A stretch of 64,000 nucleotides of DNA from Candidatus Latescibacterota bacterium (GCA_963662665.2 CAXXJS010000040.1:320001-384000); one strand, 5' to 3'; counted from the stretch's first letter, positions 1 through 10,376 are shown. The notes: generated from the sequence alone by a model not told the origin. Made by a program: numbers and translations.

Positions 1-119
1 CCTGGTGGAAAGCGGTGACGCGCGGGCTTCAGCGCTGGCGGTGAAGCAATACACCGGGGGCCGAATTCTTCTTGAGCGAATATCAGAAGCGAACCACGCG
101 AACCCGCCTTGAGGTCTGC

Positions 120-3100
120 CTATGCCAGACGCAACCGTGATCCGCACGGCTGGAGGGTACAGGGGTCGATGGTGAGGGTCAGCATGCCGGATGATTGGTC
201 CGTTTCCAGTTCCGTCCGCGTGCCGTCTTCGTTTTCGATGAATGCGCGACGGTGCGGTGTCCGGATCGAGAGCCGGGCCGGGGTTGTGGCGCGTACCTGG
301 AAGGCGTTCTCCGAGGCCTGTTCGATGGAGAACAGAGAGGGAATCTGCCAGGCGGCGCCGGCGTTGAAGGGGAACTCGTCCACGTCGATCCGGCCTGCGG
401 CCGCGGACCTGATGCGGTAAGCCGTCCAGCAGTCCTGTTCGGGATCCCGGACCCGCACGAAATGGTCCGCAAGGGCATCGGGATACTGGAGGGTATCGTC
501 GATACTGAACCCGCCTTTGTCGAAATCCACGATCTTCCCCTCAATCGAGGCAGCCTCCAGGGCCACGGCCACGTCGGGGGAAGCAAAACGGGACGCTTCC
601 GTCAGAAAGAGCGATTGCCTGCCATCCTTGCATCGGGTGTAAACGGCCACGCGACCGGCAAACGTGACGTCGTCGTACGTGCGATCGCGCTGATCCAGCG
701 TCTGGATAACCGTATCGTCGCCGGTCCGACGGCCGATGCGAAGCGCCACCGGACCGCTGGCGTCATTGGGAAGACAAAGCGGTTGAACGTCTCGGACGTC
801 GGGGTTGTTCCGGAAGTGATCGATCACGGCGACATACGTGTTTCCGTTCCCGGATTCGGCCTTGCGGGCAAACAGATAGTCGTTTCGGGCGCCGATTTCA
901 GAATGGTGCCGTTGCCCGGGGCCTTCACCCACGATGATTTCGTCCACTGGCGACACCATCCGCGCGCGCATGGTCATCCCGCAGTCGGTCCAGGACACGG
1001 TCCACCGGCCTTCCGGAACACCAGCGCGGAGTCTCTCGATATCCCCGCCGAGCACGCCCGGACGTTCCTCCAGCGGAATCGGACCGCTATCGGCGGGTGA
1101 CGCGCTGATGCGGCCCTCCCCGTGGATGGCGTAGTCGTGGACGCTGCCTCCCATGACGCGGAACACGTCAACGAGGTAGGCCGGGCCCGCTCCGGAGTGA
1201 ATCATCACGCAGCAGCGGCGATACGTTTCCGCCTGATCATAGGCTGCGCAGTCGGCTTCGATCACCTTCGTCGCCGGCGATGCGGCCAGAAGTTGGAGAT
1301 TGCCCGGAGGCCGCCGGTCACGCGGGAGTTGCTCCTGTTCGTCAACAACCACGAGGTTGTGTTTGAGTGTGCTTCGGATACTCGCGTTCAGAGGGTGGTC
1401 TCCAATGTATCCCAGGTCGGAAAGGACTTCCACCCCCTCCACGTTCATGGCGATGTTGAGGGCATCCGGGTGGTCATGGCCTTCAGGTTGGTAGAAATTC
1501 ATCAGGAAGGTGGCCGTTCCGGTGAGATCGGTCGGGAACATACCAGCGTAGCCGGCATTGAAGATCGCCAGGAGCCAGCCGGGAAAGAACCGGTCGCGTA
1601 CGGGCGGCGGCGCAGCGGGTTGGAGTTCCGCGGGCCGGTTGAAGAGGGCGAACGCGTCCCCCGTATCCAGCCTGACAAATGGAGCGAAGTCGTCGCCCAG
1701 TCGCACGAGACCCAGGTTATGAATCCACGCGGGATCGGGCCAGTCTGAAGTCCCTTCTCGTGCGTCGGCGGTGTGGGGCAGGCGGCCGTCGGGCAAGGTC
1801 ATAAGCGTCCGCGCCCGCAGGACGGTGTGGTAGGGGCCGCCGCGGGCATACAGGTCGAGATTGTCGTACCGGTCGCCGCCGCGATACGTCGGCGGATCGG
1901 AGTACCCGTGGGCGACTTCGGGCAGATTTCTCACGTTGGCCACAGCGTAGAGGTAATAGCTGGAGCCTTCAGCAGTGCTGCCGTCGAACTTGAAGAAACC
2001 CTTCAAGTACGGTTCAAAACCCGCCACACCCCGGTGCACGTACTCCGGGACGCCCAGGAAGCGCCCGAGAGCGACTTCGCCCTCGCGGCAACCCGCTACT
2101 TTGTTGTTGATACCCTCCCAGTGGGTGAACGTGAAGAGGCCCTCGACGAGCAGGTCTTTCACAATGCGTTCGCGTTCCTGATCTGACAGGTACAGGCGCC
2201 CCCGGCCGTCCTTTTCGTCCCAGAGCAGATCCAGTGCCTCGGCGAGCATGCAGATGAAATGTGCCTCGGACTGAACGCCGCCGCCCGACAGGCGCCCGCA
2301 GCCCCAGAACGTCTGTATGAGTCTTCCGCTCTTCATGGGTGAGCGGGCGTTCTGGTCCGGACACGGGTTGACTTCGTAACTGGCGATGTCCCTGTCCTGC
2401 GCCATGAGTTCGCAGGCGTAGAGTGGATCGCAGTCCATGTAGGTATTCCAGTAATCACGGAAGAGATAGGTGGGGTACACGGCGGCGAAGCGTTTCAGAA
2501 TGGCCGCCGCCGCACGCGCATAGCGACCCTCGCCTTCCATGCGATAGAGGATAGCCAGATTGCGCGCAACCGCCGGCATGCGATGGATTTTCTGCTGCCG
2601 GACAGCGCCGGCGTACGAGGAATGGACCCGGCGCCCGGCCCAACTGAAGGCATTGCTGCCGGTAGTGAATTCAGGATCGTTCTTTTCTTCCGGACGGATG
2701 TAATAGGTGAGCGTCTGGCGTGATCGCGGCAGTTCGAGGCGTCCCTCTTCGGGAAAAGCCTCGTCGGTCATGGTGGCGTCGCAGTGGAAACAGACCAGTT
2801 TGTCGGGTTCACGGTCGATCCATCGCATGTTGTAGGTGTTGTCCGCATCACAGACCGGGCAGAACGTCCCGTAGATCTGCGCAGGGGTCAGACCCGGGAC
2901 CATGTGGGCGATCCAGGCATCGGAGCGATCCGCATAGTAATCCCCCAGATCGAACAGGCCCTCGTATTGCGCTTTCGCCCAATCATGGCGCCGGATATTG
3001 GCGCGGGCGATATCGAGGTTGTCGTCCCTTACACCAAGGCATGGATGTTCCACGCGTCCGGCGCCACGGTAGTAATTCTCCTTCTCCTTTTCCAGTCGAC

Positions 3101-3140
3101 GCCTGCATTCTCTCTCTTCGTCGCTGCTCCAGGCCGGCAT
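120..3140 (-). CDS. Heparinase II/III-like protein (alginate lyase-like alpha-toroid plus Hepar_II_III domain), about 1006 aa
   Basis: Long ORF; start moved to ATG 3140 behind an AGGAGG RBS. Motifs DGSTAEGSSYY, GHDHPDALN, DLGY and HNLVVVDE are typical of heparinase II/III-like proteins. Confidence 0.75.
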   Translation of the reverse strand: MPAWSSDEERECRRRLEKEKENYYRGAGRVEHPCLGVRDDNLDIARANIRRHDWAKAQYEGLFDLGDYYADRSDAWIAHMVPGLTPAQIYGTFCPVCDADNTYNMRWIDREPDKLVCFHCDATMTDEAFPEEGRLELPRSRQTLTYYIRPEEKNDPEFTTGSNAFSWAGRRVHSSYAGAVRQQKIHRMPAVARNLAILYRMEGEGRYARAAAAILKRFAAVYPTYLFRDYWNTYMDCDPLYACELMAQDRDIASYEVNPCPDQNARSPMKSGRLIQTFWGCGRLSGGGVQSEAHFICMLAEALDLLWDEKDGRGRLYLSDQERERIVKDLLVEGLFTFTHWEGINNKVAGCREGEVALGRFLGVPEYVHRGVAGFEPYLKGFFKFDGSTAEGSSYYLYAVANVRNLPEVAHGYSDPPTYRGGDRYDNLDLYARGGPYHTVLRARTLMTLPDGRLPHTADAREGTSDWPDPAWIHNLGLVRLGDDFAPFVRLDTGDAFALFNRPAELQPAAPPPVRDRFFPGWLLAIFNAGYAGMFPTDLTGTATFLMNFYQPEGHDHPDALNIAMNVEGVEVLSDLGYIGDHPLNASIRSTLKHNLVVVDEQEQLPRDRRPPGNLQLLAASPATKVIEADCAAYDQAETYRRCCVMIHSGAGPAYLVDVFRVMGGSVHDYAIHGEGRISASPADSGPIPLEERPGVLGGDIERLRAGVPEGRWTVSWTDCGMTMRARMVSPVDEIIVGEGPGQRHHSEIGARNDYLFARKAESGNGNTYVAVIDHFRNNPDVRDVQPLCLPNDASGPVALRIGRRTGDDTVIQTLDQRDRTYDDVTFAGRVAVYTRCKDGRQSLFLTEASRFASPDVAVALEAASIEGKIVDFDKGGFSIDDTLQYPDALADHFVRVRDPEQDCWTAYRIRSAAAGRIDVDEFPFNAGAAWQIPSLFSIEQASENAFQVRATTPARLSIRTPHRRAFIENEDGTRTELETDQSSGMLTLTIDPCTLQPCGSRLRLA

Positions 3141-3270
3141 ATGACCTCCTTTTCGGGAACGACCGCGCGCAAACCGCAACCCGTTCGCAGGGCCGAATTG
3201 ACGGAAATCAGCGGGATTCCGGATGTCCGGGTGAAACTCGTTTGATCCACATGAAGCGCTCAAAAAAACG

Positions 3271-3299
3271 AAAATGGAGGACGAACCCGCGTCTGTCAA
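3271..3299 (-). promoter_or_regulatory. Putative sigma70 promoter for the heparinase-like gene
   Basis: Minus strand reads TTGACA-17 nt-CATTTT, about 130 nt upstream of the start. Confidence 0.4.
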
Positions 3300-3392
3300 G
3301 AGGAAAGAACGATTCGGGCGAATTCGATGAACCCGATGGCGTCCGGCCACGAACCCGGTACCGAAATTTGCGGATATATGGACATATCATTT

Positions 3393-3416
3393 TTATAAAC
3401 AATATTATAAACGATA
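3393..3416. repeat. 12-bp tandem direct repeat in an AT-rich patch (possible regulator site)
   Basis: TTATAAACAATA followed by TTATAAACGATA, between divergent promoters. Confidence 0.5.
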
Positions 3417-3517
3417 TTTTGTGCGAATATTTCGAGGCGCTGGCAGCACCGGACTCCACAGTCCGGTTGCCCAGGAACAGAATGGAATACGCGGGCGGAA
3501 AATCGGACTAAAAAGGG

Positions 3518-3546
3518 TTGACAATTGAACAAAAAAGAATTATTAT
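3518..3546 (+). promoter_or_regulatory. sigma70 promoter of cspA
   Basis: TTGACA-17 nt-TATTAT, near consensus; implies a 5' UTR of about 135 nt, typical for csp genes. Confidence 0.75.
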
Positions 3547-3689
3547 GCATCAATTGGAAGCATGAAGTAGAAGGATGAAGTTTCTGTCTCCTTAGCAGTC
3601 CTGTTGTGCGTCTGGCAAGGATCAGAAGTTCCGGTCCTTGCCCGTTTTGGTTTCATCAGGTTTCTAACGCTGAAAGGTGGTGAAGCACT

Positions 3690-3899
3690 GTGCCAGAAGG
3701 TCGCGTAAAGTGGTTCAACGACGCCAAGGGTTACGGCTTTATCGAAAGGGATGAGGGCGAAGATGTCTTCGTGCATTTTTCGGCTATCCAGGGCGAAGGA
3801 TTCAAGTCGCTAGCCGAAGGTGAAGCGGTTTCATTTGAAGTGGTGCAGGGGCCCAAGGGCTACCAGGCTGCGGACGTCGTAAAGGTGGGGCAGTCCTGA
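3690..3899 (+). CDS. cspA: Cold-shock protein
   Basis: [15 protein letters not shown] (RNP1) and DVFVHFSAI (RNP2); 69 aa. Confidence 0.95.
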   Translation: MPEGRVKWFNDAKGYGFIERDEGEDVFVHFSAIQGEGFKSLAEGEAVSFEVVQGPKGYQAADVVKVGQS

Positions 3900-3957
3900 C
3901 AGACCGTTGAAGAGTTCCATTTTTCCCACATGTGACTTCTCAATCGATACGTTCGGC

Positions 3958-3990
3958 GGGCGTCGGTTCAAGAATCGGCGCCCTTTTTTT
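3958..3990 (+). terminator. Rho-independent terminator after cspA
   Basis: GGGCGTCGGTT-CAAG-AATCGGCGCCC stem followed by T7. Confidence 0.8.
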
Positions 3991-4015
3991 AAAACCACAA
4001 ACAGAGTCACGCTTC

Positions 4016-5383
4016 ATGGAAAACCATTACGACGTCATCGTAATCGGGAGCGGGCCGGGCGGCGAGGGGGCGGCGATGAAGGCGACCAAAGAGGGGAAGC
4101 GGGTCGCCGTGGTGGATGACCGGTCCCTGGTGGGCGGAAGCTGCACCCATCAGACCACCATTCCAAGCAAGACCCTGCGGCACGCCATCCAGAAGCTCGT
4201 CGATACCGGTCGATACAGCGACTCCCGATTTCAGGACCTGCTGCGGACCGCGGAGGACGTGATACGTCAGCAGGTCGACTTACGCAAGGGGTTCTACACC
4301 AGGAATTTTGTGGACGTGATCCACGGGCGCGCCGCGTTCGAAGACAGTCATGGCATTCAGGTCCGAATGGCAAACGGCGGCGTGAGACGTTATCAAGCGG
4401 ACGGATTCGTCATCGCCACCGGCGCAAGACCATACCATCCGCCGGACGTGGATTTTTCCCATCCCCGCATTGTAGACAGCGATTCGCTGCTTGAGTTTCA
4501 TGAACATCCAAGGACCGTGACAATCTACGGTGCGGGCATCGTCGGCTGCGAGTATGCGTCCATATTCAGGGGCTTGCAGATCAAGGTGAATCTGATCAAC
4601 AGCCTGGACCGCCTGCTGGCGTTCCTGGACGACGAAATTGTGGATGCGCTGAGCTATCATCTGCGTGAACAGGGCGTACTGATCCGACACAACGAGGAGT
4701 ACGAACGGGTTGTGGCGGACGGTCACGGTGTCCGCCTGCACCTCAAGTCCAAAAAGGAAATCCTCAGTGACTGCCTGTTCTGGGCGCAGGGCCGAACCGG
4801 GAACTCCGATGGGATGGGTCTCGAGGAAATCGGCATCCGGCGAGACCACAGGGGCACCGTTGTCGTAAACGGGTATTACCAGACGGCTCAGAGCCACGTC
4901 TACGCGGTGGGCGACGTGGTGGGGTACCCCAACCTCGCCAGCGCGGCATACGACCAGGGGCGTTTCGCGGCCACCCATCTGATCTTCGGAGAATGCGAGG
5001 CTCAGCTGGTCAAGGACGTCCCCACCGGGATTTACACACTACCGGAAATCAGTTCGGTGGGGCTGACAGAGCAGGAGTTGACCTCGAAAAGGATTCCCTA
5101 CGAGGTTGGACACGCGTCGTTCAGACACCTTGCGCGGGCGCAGATTACGGGCAGGACCACGGGGATGCTGAAAATTCTGTTTCATCGGGAAACGCTGGAG
5201 ATTCTGGGCATTCATTGTTTCGGATCGGAGGCATCGGAAATTGTCCACATCGGCCAGGCGATTATGGCGCAGAAAGGCGGGGGCAATACGTTGATGTACT
5301 TCATCAACACAACGTTCAACTATCCGACAATGGCCGAAGCATACCGGGTTGCGGCGCTTAACGGGCTGAACAGGGTGCGATAG
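4016..5383 (+). CDS. sthA: Soluble pyridine nucleotide transhydrogenase
   Basis: GSGPGG FAD motif, [13 protein letters not shown] (single Cys), C-terminal [23 protein letters not shown] characteristic of SthA. Confidence 0.92.
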   Translation: MENHYDVIVIGSGPGGEGAAMKATKEGKRVAVVDDRSLVGGSCTHQTTIPSKTLRHAIQKLVDTGRYSDSRFQDLLRTAEDVIRQQVDLRKGFYTRNFVDVIHGRAAFEDSHGIQVRMANGGVRRYQADGFVIATGARPYHPPDVDFSHPRIVDSDSLLEFHEHPRTVTIYGAGIVGCEYASIFRGLQIKVNLINSLDRLLAFLDDEIVDALSYHLREQGVLIRHNEEYERVVADGHGVRLHLKSKKEILSDCLFWAQGRTGNSDGMGLEEIGIRRDHRGTVVVNGYYQTAQSHVYAVGDVVGYPNLASAAYDQGRFAATHLIFGECEAQLVKDVPTGIYTLPEISSVGLTEQELTSKRIPYEVGHASFRHLARAQITGRTTGMLKILFHRETLEILGIHCFGSEASEIVHIGQAIMAQKGGGNTLMYFINTTFNYPTMAEAYRVAALNGLNRVR

Positions 5384-5467
5384 CGTTCTGTTCCTGAAAT
5401 AGGTTGCCCAAAATTCGGCCGTCCAGAAGCAGCAAACACAATTATCAACGGTCGCGGTCGCGGGACA

Positions 5468-5570
5468 TCTCCCCCCGGCCCCCTCTCCCGGGGGAGAGGG
5501 AGAGAAAAACGAAATGACGTCAAGCGATGACAGCTCCCCCTTCCCTTGCGAAGGGGGACAGGGGGTAGGT
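5468..5570. repeat. Inverted pair of REP-like palindromes
   Basis: CCCCCCGGCCCCCTCTCCCGGGGGAGAGGG at 5471-5500 and a related reverse copy CTCCCCCTTCCCTTGCGAAGGGGGACAGGGGGTAGG at 5534-5569. Confidence 0.65.
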
Positions 5571-5702
5571 CACGCTCGACCGCACGTTCTTTCCATTCAA
5601 GCGTCCGGTGGCAGACTGGGGAGTTTTCGGGGGCAGGACACCGCACCAGACGGCAGAGATACAAACTGTCCTGATAGACGATGGATAAGGATATTTTCGA
5701 CT

Positions 5703-6377
5703 ATGCGATCCAGTCCGAAATCTTCCCCGGCAACTCTGGACGTCATCTACGTCGACAACCACCTGCTGGTGGTCCGGAAACCCGCGGGAACCCTTGTACA
5801 GGGAGACCGCACGGGTGACGTGTCGCTTCTGGAATACGGAAAGGCGTACGTGAAGGCGGCGTTCAACAAACCGGGCGACGCCTTTCTTGGGCTTGTCCAC
5901 CGGTTGGACCGGCCCACGTCCGGCGTGATGGTTTTTGCCCGGACGTCAAAAGCGGCGGCCAGGCTTTCGGAACAGTTTCGGGCCCAGACGATCGGAAAGG
6001 TCTACTGGGCGCTGGTGCAGGGAAAGACGCCCCGGGAGGGCCGCATGGCGGATGCGCTGTTGCGTTCCGGACCTTCAAGTAAGGTGTCCGACCGGGGACA
6101 GGAGGCGTCGCTCGGGTTCCGCCGATTGGGGTTCGAACGTGGAATCTCGTGGGTGGAGGTCAGACCCGGGACGGGCAGGCATCATCAGATACGGGTGCAG
6201 TTTGCGCACCGCGGGCATCCCGTACTCGGCGATTTCCGGTACGGATCGAGAATCGGATTTCCAAAGAAAAGCCTGGCGCTCCATGCGCGAACGCTTACGC
6301 TGCTGCATCCGACCCGGAAGGAGGAGATGACGTTCAGCGCGGCGCCCGAGGCGTTCTGGCCGTCGAGATTTCGGTAG
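5703..6377 (+). CDS. RluA-family pseudouridine synthase
   Basis: VRKPAG, VHRLDRPTSG (catalytic Asp), TGRHHQIRV, GDFRYG, LHA. Confidence 0.92.
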   Translation: MRSSPKSSPATLDVIYVDNHLLVVRKPAGTLVQGDRTGDVSLLEYGKAYVKAAFNKPGDAFLGLVHRLDRPTSGVMVFARTSKAAARLSEQFRAQTIGKVYWALVQGKTPREGRMADALLRSGPSSKVSDRGQEASLGFRRLGFERGISWVEVRPGTGRHHQIRVQFAHRGHPVLGDFRYGSRIGFPKKSLALHARTLTLLHPTRKEEMTFSAAPEAFWPSRFR

Positions 6378-6397
6378 TGTAAACCCTCGGGACAATA

Positions 6398-6424
6398 GCC
6401 ACAAGAAGCACAGAAGGCACAAAA
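6398..6424 (+). repeat. Short 9-bp-period tandem repeat
   Basis: GCCACAAGA-AGCACAGAA-GGCACAAAA. Confidence 0.55.
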
Positions 6425-6431
6425 CGGATAT

Positions 6432-6561
6432 GAAGCTGTTCTAAAATTCCTGGTGCGTTGCCGAGCACGAGCGAAAAAGTGACGGTCAAGGCGGGTATGA
6501 CCAACGCCGACCGGCGCTTTTGCAGCCGTGCGAAGACCGCTGGGGATTTTGATACAGATTC
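6432..6561. mobile_element. Putative MITE-like element (about 130 bp)
   Basis: Imperfect terminal inverted repeats: GAAGCTGTTCTAAAATTCC versus the reverse complement of the right end, GAATCTGTATCAAAATCCC (14/19 match). Non-coding interior with a GGTCAAGGCG...CAACGCCGACC stem. Confidence 0.45.
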
Positions 6562-6694
6562 TCGGGCAGTGTGGTAAAGACCGCAAACCGGTCGCAGGTT
6601 TCACGGGAAATCAGCAAGCGACCAGGTCGCCAACGGCCAGGATTAAAACCGATTTTGGTCAGGTGTGAATCAATACGTTGAAAGGAGATTGTTC

Positions 6695-7090
6695 GTGAAC
6701 CGGAACGAGCAGGAGCCGTTGAACGAGATACAGGTCGATCGGAACAACCTGTACCGCGAAGAAAACTACACGGACCTGAAGGTGGCGTCGATTCGTAGAT
6801 TGGTGCCTGTTAGTCCGGACGGATCGCCCGATGCGACCCGGCGCCAGAAATTTATCGGACAGACGCATCTCATGTCCCAGGTCGGCCCGCTGCCCGTACA
6901 ATGCGACATCGAGGCCGCAGACCTGGAAGAGGCGCTCCGGAAGTTTCCGCAGGCGCTGGCGCGGGCGGTAGAGGAGATGATGGAGGAGGCCAACGAGAAG
7001 CGGCGCCAGGAATCCTCCCGGATTGTGGTGCCGGGCGCAGGTGGACTGCCGGGTGGGCCGCCGTCGGGAGGTACGATTGGTCTGACGTAG
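6695..7090 (+). CDS. Conserved hypothetical cytoplasmic protein
   Basis: GTG after an AAAGGAG RBS; LYREENYTDLKVASIRRLVPVSPDGSPD and SRIVVPG motifs of a family of unknown function. Confidence 0.75.
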   Translation: MNRNEQEPLNEIQVDRNNLYREENYTDLKVASIRRLVPVSPDGSPDATRRQKFIGQTHLMSQVGPLPVQCDIEAADLEEALRKFPQALARAVEEMMEEANEKRRQESSRIVVPGAGGLPGGPPSGGTIGLT

Positions 7091-7207
7091 GATACGACAG
7101 GCGCGAGCCGTCAGGCACATCCAGCCAACGGTTGGACGTCGATGCCGACGGAAGGGAGTCCCGCCGTGCTACTTCTGCTGCCAGGGCGCATAAAAATGCG
7201 CCCTGAT

Positions 7208-8080
7208 TCAATTTTGCAATGGCTCCATGGCCTCTCTGAGTTCGGCCAATTCGATTTCCGTGAGTGGCTTTACGGGTTTGCGGCACGGACCCACCGGTCT
7301 GCCGGAGAGATTGGTGGCGGCCTTGACGGATGCGTTGTAAACGTGGGTCCAGAAAAAGCGGTTGGCGGGAAACATGCGCCGCCAGAGGTCACGGGCCTCG
7401 GTGAGATTACCTGAGGCGACCAAATTGTAGAGATCGACGGCTTCTTTCGGCATGGCGTTAACCGCTCCCCACACGCAACCGGGGCACCCGGCAACCAGGC
7501 TGAAGAAGGCGATGGGATCCCCGCCGTTGAGGACCCGGGCGCCAACGGCCAGGAGTTCCTGGATGCGCAGAAGGTCTGCCATGCTGTCCTTGATGTACCG
7601 GATGTTCTCGATTTTCATAAGTCGCTTGAAAAACGCCGGCGTGATATCGATTCCCGTGTGTACGGGGATGTTGTAGACCATGATGGGCGTATTTACCGCG
7701 TCGGAGACTTCTTCATAGTGGGCGTAAACGCCTTCCATGTCCGGTCCCTCGAAGTAGGGCGGCAGCACGAGCAGGCAATCCGCACCCGCGCCTTCGGCGT
7801 GCCGGGCGGATTCGATCGTCTCCGAAGTACTCACCGCGGAGGCCATGGCGACAAAGTCGGCCCTGCCGTTTATGTGTCCGGCAGCCAGTTCGGCAAGCCG
7901 TCTGCGTTCCTCCGGTCGCAGACAGGCGAACTCGCCCGTGCCGCCATTGATGAGGATGCTATGGACCCCCGCGTCGAGCATGGAGTCGATATGGTTCCTC
8001 AACGCGGATTCGTCGATCCGCTCGCCGTCGTCTGTAAACGGGGTGCATAGAGCCGCGCAGATGCCTTCGAGTTCCTTCAT
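7208..8080 (-). CDS. Dihydrodipicolinate synthase / N-acetylneuraminate lyase family protein
   Basis: TPF, GGTGEF, PPYF, YNIP and IKDS (Schiff-base Lys); GGAG RBS before ATG 8080. Confidence 0.88.
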   Translation of the reverse strand: MKELEGICAALCTPFTDDGERIDESALRNHIDSMLDAGVHSILINGGTGEFACLRPEERRRLAELAAGHINGRADFVAMASAVSTSETIESARHAEGAGADCLLVLPPYFEGPDMEGVYAHYEEVSDAVNTPIMVYNIPVHTGIDITPAFFKRLMKIENIRYIKDSMADLLRIQELLAVGARVLNGGDPIAFFSLVAGCPGCVWGAVNAMPKEAVDLYNLVASGNLTEARDLWRRMFPANRFFWTHVYNASVKAATNLSGRPVGPCRKPVKPLTEIELAELREAMEPLQN

Positions 8081-8475
8081 TCCGGTCTCCTCTATTTCAT
8101 CATTCAAACCCCGCAACAGGGATCACCACCTGTGGACAAGGCGTTGCCGGGGGGTCGTTTGAAGGGCGTTTTGCGAAGGTAAGATGAAATCCCACTATCT
8201 CCAAGAACGCTTTCCGGAGGGCGACGGGATCCGCGGTTCAGCGGGCGAGAACGGCCTTGACACTTCCCGGGGAAAAATCAATATTGCGCGGAAGCGCAGG
8301 AACGGGTACACGTGCGCGTCCGGCCCGCGCGTTACCCTTCCTTACACTCCCGGCTGAAACCTGAGCGGAATCAGGGTACCGGATGTTTCGAATCCACGCC
8401 CTTGTCCCGCGGTCCGGACGTCCGGTACTGCGTTACGCATGGGCTCGAATTGTCGGTTTTTCGGAGGAGGTTGAC

Positions 8476-10275
8476 ATGTCGCAGGTGAGGGAAGTTGGCA
8501 TTCCGGTTCGCGCGGTGAATCGAGCGGCGCTGTATGCGGGACGAAACGGTGCCGGCGAGCCGTGTCTGTATGCGACCATGTCGCAGCAGGCCGCGAATCT
8601 GTTTGTATTGCAAATCGATCCGGAGACGGGCAGGTTGCGTCAATTCTGGGCGGACGTCCCTGAATCCAATTATACCACGGCCGTGTATCAGGCGCGGAAC
8701 GGACGCCTCTATATCGGGGCGGCGCACTCGGGGCAACTTTACTGTTTCGATCCCGCGCAGGACGACCTGGTAAATTTCGGCACCATAAACGCCGGTGCGG
8801 CGATTTTTCCATGCAGTATCGACGAGGATTCACAGGGACTGATCTGGATTTCCAGCTATGGCACGGCGGATCTGACGAGTTTCAATCCGGAAACCGGTGA
8901 ATTTACCCGGTACGGACGGTTGGACGAAGTGGATATGTACGCCTACTGTCACGTGAATACGGACGATACGATCGCGTCGATGATCATGCAGACCCGGCCG
9001 CACGTGGTGGTTCTGGACCCGAAGACCGGTGAAAAAAGGACGGTAGGGCCCGTCGTCACGCGCGGCGACGGAACGCTGACTCTACACCGGGGGGCGGACG
9101 GCAACCTCTATATCGAATCGAGCGAGGGGAATTATCGCGTGGAGGGCATGAACGCCGTTCCCGTGGAAGAATCCGTTCCGGCGAAAACTGCCGCACCCGC
9201 CTTGCCGGACGGCAGCACCTTTCGGTTCGTGGACGCGGTGGAGCAGACGTGCCGGATTCTGGAGGTAACCGGCCCGGACGGCGCGGCGAAGACCTTCAAT
9301 ATTGAATTCGAGGCTGCCGGTACCGATATCTTCTGTCTGCACGGCGGCCCGGACGGTTGCGTGTACGGATCCAGCGTCCTGCCGGAGCGGTTGTTTAATT
9401 ATAACCCCGGAACGGATGACCTGAAGGACCTGGGCATCTGTTCGACGGCCACGGGCGAGGCGTATTCAATGGCGAATCTGGACGGGAAAATCTACATCTC
9501 GTCATACCCGGGTGCCAGAATATCCATTTACGATCCTTCGCGCCCGTACCGTTTCGGAGAGGACCGGGGCGGCAATCCATGGGACATCGGGCGGGTGGAC
9601 AACATATCCTACCGGCCGCGTTCCACGCTGGGAGGTCCCGGCGGGAAAGTCTGGCTGGCATCCATCCCGGACTACGGAAGGTGGGGCGGGCCGCTTTCAT
9701 ACTACCACCCGGAAACACAGGAGAAAAAGGCGTTCTATCGGATTGTGGGGGACGCAAGCTGTTATACGCTCGCCCATCTGGAGGCGGAGTCATTGATCGC
9801 CGTCGGCACAACCATCAGCGCAGGGAGCGGGACGCAACCCCGGGTGGACGAGGCGGTGCTTTTCCTCTTCGACTACGAAGAAGAAGAGAAAGTCTGGGAG
9901 GGTACGCCGGATCCGCCGGTGAAGATCTTCAATGCACTCGTTGCCGTTCCGGACGGGCGGCTTCTCGGGACGTTCAGCGGCAACGAACGGGGATCCGAGC
10001 TTTTCGTGTTCGACCCCGGGACGCGGGCGTTTACGGACCGGATCGCCGCGCCGGAGGGCGGCCCGGTGGATAACGGGTTGCAGCTGGGTCCCGACGGGAT
10101 GATCTATGGCCTCACCCACACCCTCATCTATCGGCTGGATCCCGGTTCCCTGACATTTAACGTGATCGTGGAATTCGATGAGAAGTTGACCGGCCACGCG
10201 GCCGCCGGGCCGATCATTGGGAACGACGTATATTTCTCCTCGGGACACCGGCTTCTTGCGGCGGAGATATTGTAG
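8476..10275 (+). CDS. Hypothetical beta-propeller protein (about 600 aa, probably two propellers)
   Basis: GGAGGAGG RBS; repeated G-x-(L/I)Y...(F/Y)DPxTG blade motifs; no signal peptide. Confidence 0.7.
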   Translation: MSQVREVGIPVRAVNRAALYAGRNGAGEPCLYATMSQQAANLFVLQIDPETGRLRQFWADVPESNYTTAVYQARNGRLYIGAAHSGQLYCFDPAQDDLVNFGTINAGAAIFPCSIDEDSQGLIWISSYGTADLTSFNPETGEFTRYGRLDEVDMYAYCHVNTDDTIASMIMQTRPHVVVLDPKTGEKRTVGPVVTRGDGTLTLHRGADGNLYIESSEGNYRVEGMNAVPVEESVPAKTAAPALPDGSTFRFVDAVEQTCRILEVTGPDGAAKTFNIEFEAAGTDIFCLHGGPDGCVYGSSVLPERLFNYNPGTDDLKDLGICSTATGEAYSMANLDGKIYISSYPGARISIYDPSRPYRFGEDRGGNPWDIGRVDNISYRPRSTLGGPGGKVWLASIPDYGRWGGPLSYYHPETQEKKAFYRIVGDASCYTLAHLEAESLIAVGTTISAGSGTQPRVDEAVLFLFDYEEEEKVWEGTPDPPVKIFNALVAVPDGRLLGTFSGNERGSELFVFDPGTRAFTDRIAAPEGGPVDNGLQLGPDGMIYGLTHTLIYRLDPGSLTFNVIVEFDEKLTGHAAAGPIIGNDVYFSSGHRLLAAEIL

Positions 10276-10376
10276 CGAAGCCGGACGTAAACGTGCGGGA
10301 TGAGGAAATGTACGGCCTCGTCCACGGGATGCGGACCGTGTTTTCGGCTGTACGCTGGAACTCAAAGGAGGCCATT

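Noticed and set aside
3141-3350. N-terminal extensions given by the ORF track here and for several other genes (e.g. 5514, 8383, 37621, 42133, 45768)
   Set aside because: The extensions run through promoters, repeats or neighbouring genes; downstream starts have better RBS or domain-boundary support.
8100-8215. SAM-I riboswitch-like fragments (GCCC..CGGCAAC..GGTG) upstream of the DapA-like gene on the minus strand
   Set aside because: Lacks the ATC.AGAG P1 and GAGGGA kink-turn elements, and the downstream gene is unrelated to methionine metabolism.
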